A stretch of DNA of 64,000 nucleotides from Iphione sp. A-MEVVRFRX5 (Eukaryota): positions 33,790,001-33,854,000 of the forward strand of contig OZ320323.1 in the NCBI GenBank assembly GCA_976226885.1. The letters are read 5' to 3'. The translations under genes and the position numbers were made by a program. Below, in pieces: positions 62,399-64,000 of this stretch; the first letter of the stretch is position 1, and every line of letters starts with the position of its first letter. The notes under the pieces were generated by a model. That model did not search any database, was not told the DNA's origin, and saw only the letters and a program-made list of their open reading frames with translations.

Positions 62399-62506
62399 GT
62401 GGCAGTTGTCCCTCGCCCGGTGTAGGCTGGAGACTTGAGCTTCCAGCGAATAAAGTCAGTCAGTCTGGGTCAGAGCGCTCCCTGTCTGCAACCAGCACAG
62501 AATCAG
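62399..62506 (+). CDS. MADD: MADD coding exon 21: (G)GSCPSPGVGWRLELP...STES (GC donor)
   Basis: cctcag| ... cag|GCaagt; only the phase-1 GC donor keeps the next exon open. Confidence 0.8.
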
Positions 62507-63827
62507 GCAAGTAATCGGTCCCAGAGGCACGTGACCGCCACCTGCCCACCTTCTAACACACTCTCCTCGAGTTAAGGCCGCTAAAACTAATATATCTACC
62601 TCCTTGTCTTTTCGTACTCCCCAGCCATTGCTTTAACCACCTTTAACAACTAATATTTCTAAAGTCGGTCTTTCTTTTGTTGCTGGATAGATTCAGCCTG
62701 TTTCTGAACTACTTCATGTATCGTATTATTTAAAAATTGCTCTGTTTTTTTCTTTGAATGAATCCATCTAGTCCTAAAGGGGTGTTATATGTAGTGGTTT
62801 CCATTAGAAAAAGGTGATATGATCAGTTGAAGAAATATTGCTTTTATCTAACATTGCTTTTCTTATTATGCACGTACATCAATAACCGAGAGTAACCTAT
62901 CAAAGTTTTGAAATATTGGCATTTTATAATATAAGTTGCTCTTGTATTTGTACTTGTACTCTGAACACCATTTAATTAGGGCCTCTTTGTACCGTACTAA
63001 AAGAAATGGCATAGAGGATGTCTTCTCTGGACTTACACATATGCTCAGTAATTATATTAAACTACATTAAATGTCCATAAACCGTCTATGCGGTTAGTCC
63101 CACGGAGGACAATATTTTCTATGCAGCTGATGGGCAAAACAATTTTTAGTGAAATGTCATAGTTTACCATAAGTTGCGAGTGTCGTTCATGCTGCTAACT
63201 TAGATGTTTAAGTAGCGAATACGTAACAGCCTCTATAATGCTATGAAATCACTTACTTGACTCAAAATAAGTAAGATGTTTTCGGTAGAGTGCTATATCT
63301 CAAAAGTTTATAGTTCCTAAGTAGTGAAAAGAATGTTGTTTTTGTGGAAATGCTGTCAGGGGAACAAAAGGAAAAAATAATAACGTCAATACGAACAGGA
63401 TTTCATTACGTTTCTAGTGACATTTGAGCAGTCTTACAATTACTTTACCTATTGATAGTTCCACACTATAAAAAAACAGTGCTCCCCACAGTAATATCCA
63501 ACACTTGTGCTCATATCATGCGTAAAAACTGTTGGCTCTCATGGATTTGTATGCCTAAGATAGCTGTCTCTGACTGCGACTCTGTGTGAAAAAAAGAGTA
63601 ATGTCTGCACATCTCTCTGCAAATACTAAGGGTTATATGTTCTGCATAAACACAAATCATGTGAAAACTCAGAAGTATGGTGAGTGCAGCCATTTCGGAC
63701 AGAAGCATATGGAATGTCACTTAACGTCTTCACGTGAAACCTTAGTATCCAATAGTTTATCATTACGAGATTCTTCCAGTTCATCTCCATTTACGGGGGG
63801 AAATGATGTCTTGTTTGCACGTTGCAG

Positions 63828-64000
63828 GTTCCCCTGTCGTCGTCAATGGTGACGAGTTTGAGAATATCGAACTGCGACGTGCCTGTGAGTTAACAGGGCA
63901 GGACGGACAGGCAGTGACACCTGGTGGTGGCCAGCCGAACCGGCAGCCAACCCCGATCCCAGGCAGTACAGAGACTGCCACTCCAGAGAGTATCACTACT
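63828..64000 (+). CDS. MADD: MADD coding exon 22 (runs off the window): (G)SPVVVNGDEFENIELR...
   Basis: gttgcag| acceptor; open to the window end in phase 1. Confidence 0.75.

Larger units (their letters stand above)
22578..64000 (+). other. MADD: MADD / DENN (MAP kinase-activating death domain protein, Rab3/Rab27 GEF) gene, 22 coding exons, 3'-incomplete
   Basis: The 22 exons join with consistent phases into 3732 nt (1244 codons). uDENN-cDENN-dDENN blocks closely follow the human MADD sequence as I recall it ([66 protein letters not shown]). Confidence 0.97.

Noticed and set aside
1-64000. tRNA, rRNA, snRNA/snoRNA and U12-type introns
   Set aside because: No cloverleaf, rRNA-like block or GTATCCTT/ATATCCTT donor recognised by eye. 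A covariance-model search (tRNAscan-SE, Infernal/Rfam) would be needed to exclude small RNAs.

Overview
Intron-rich metazoan genomic DNA, not a prokaryotic window. A lancelet (Branchiostoma-like) origin is inferred from gene content and sequence style and is not proven. I reconstructed two head-to-head protein-coding genes by hand with consistent splice phases. (1) Minus strand: a complete 6-exon isopentenyl phosphate kinase (IPK, amino-acid-kinase fold), 11796->3300, 284 aa, an enzyme of the alternative mevalonate/prenyl-phosphate salvage route that is patchily retained in animals. (2) Plus strand: MADD/DENN (Rab3/Rab27 GEF), 22 coding exons from 22578 to the window end (1244 codons, 3'-incomplete). 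The most interesting signals are within MADD: two GC-AG introns with the identical donor CAG|GCAAGT; an in-frame skippable 249-nt segment containing three tandem RYD(S/T)G phosphodegron-like motifs; a 33-nt symmetric microexon behind a triplicated intronic unit; and a candidate extra 120-nt exon or internal first exon. Introns and the intergenic region hold LINE remnants, Tc1/mariner-type MITEs (including ~50-bp derivatives), several old minisatellites, a possible decayed FN3/TM receptor fragment and two N gaps. I found no CRISPR array, rRNA or tRNA and no convincing wholly new multi-gene system.
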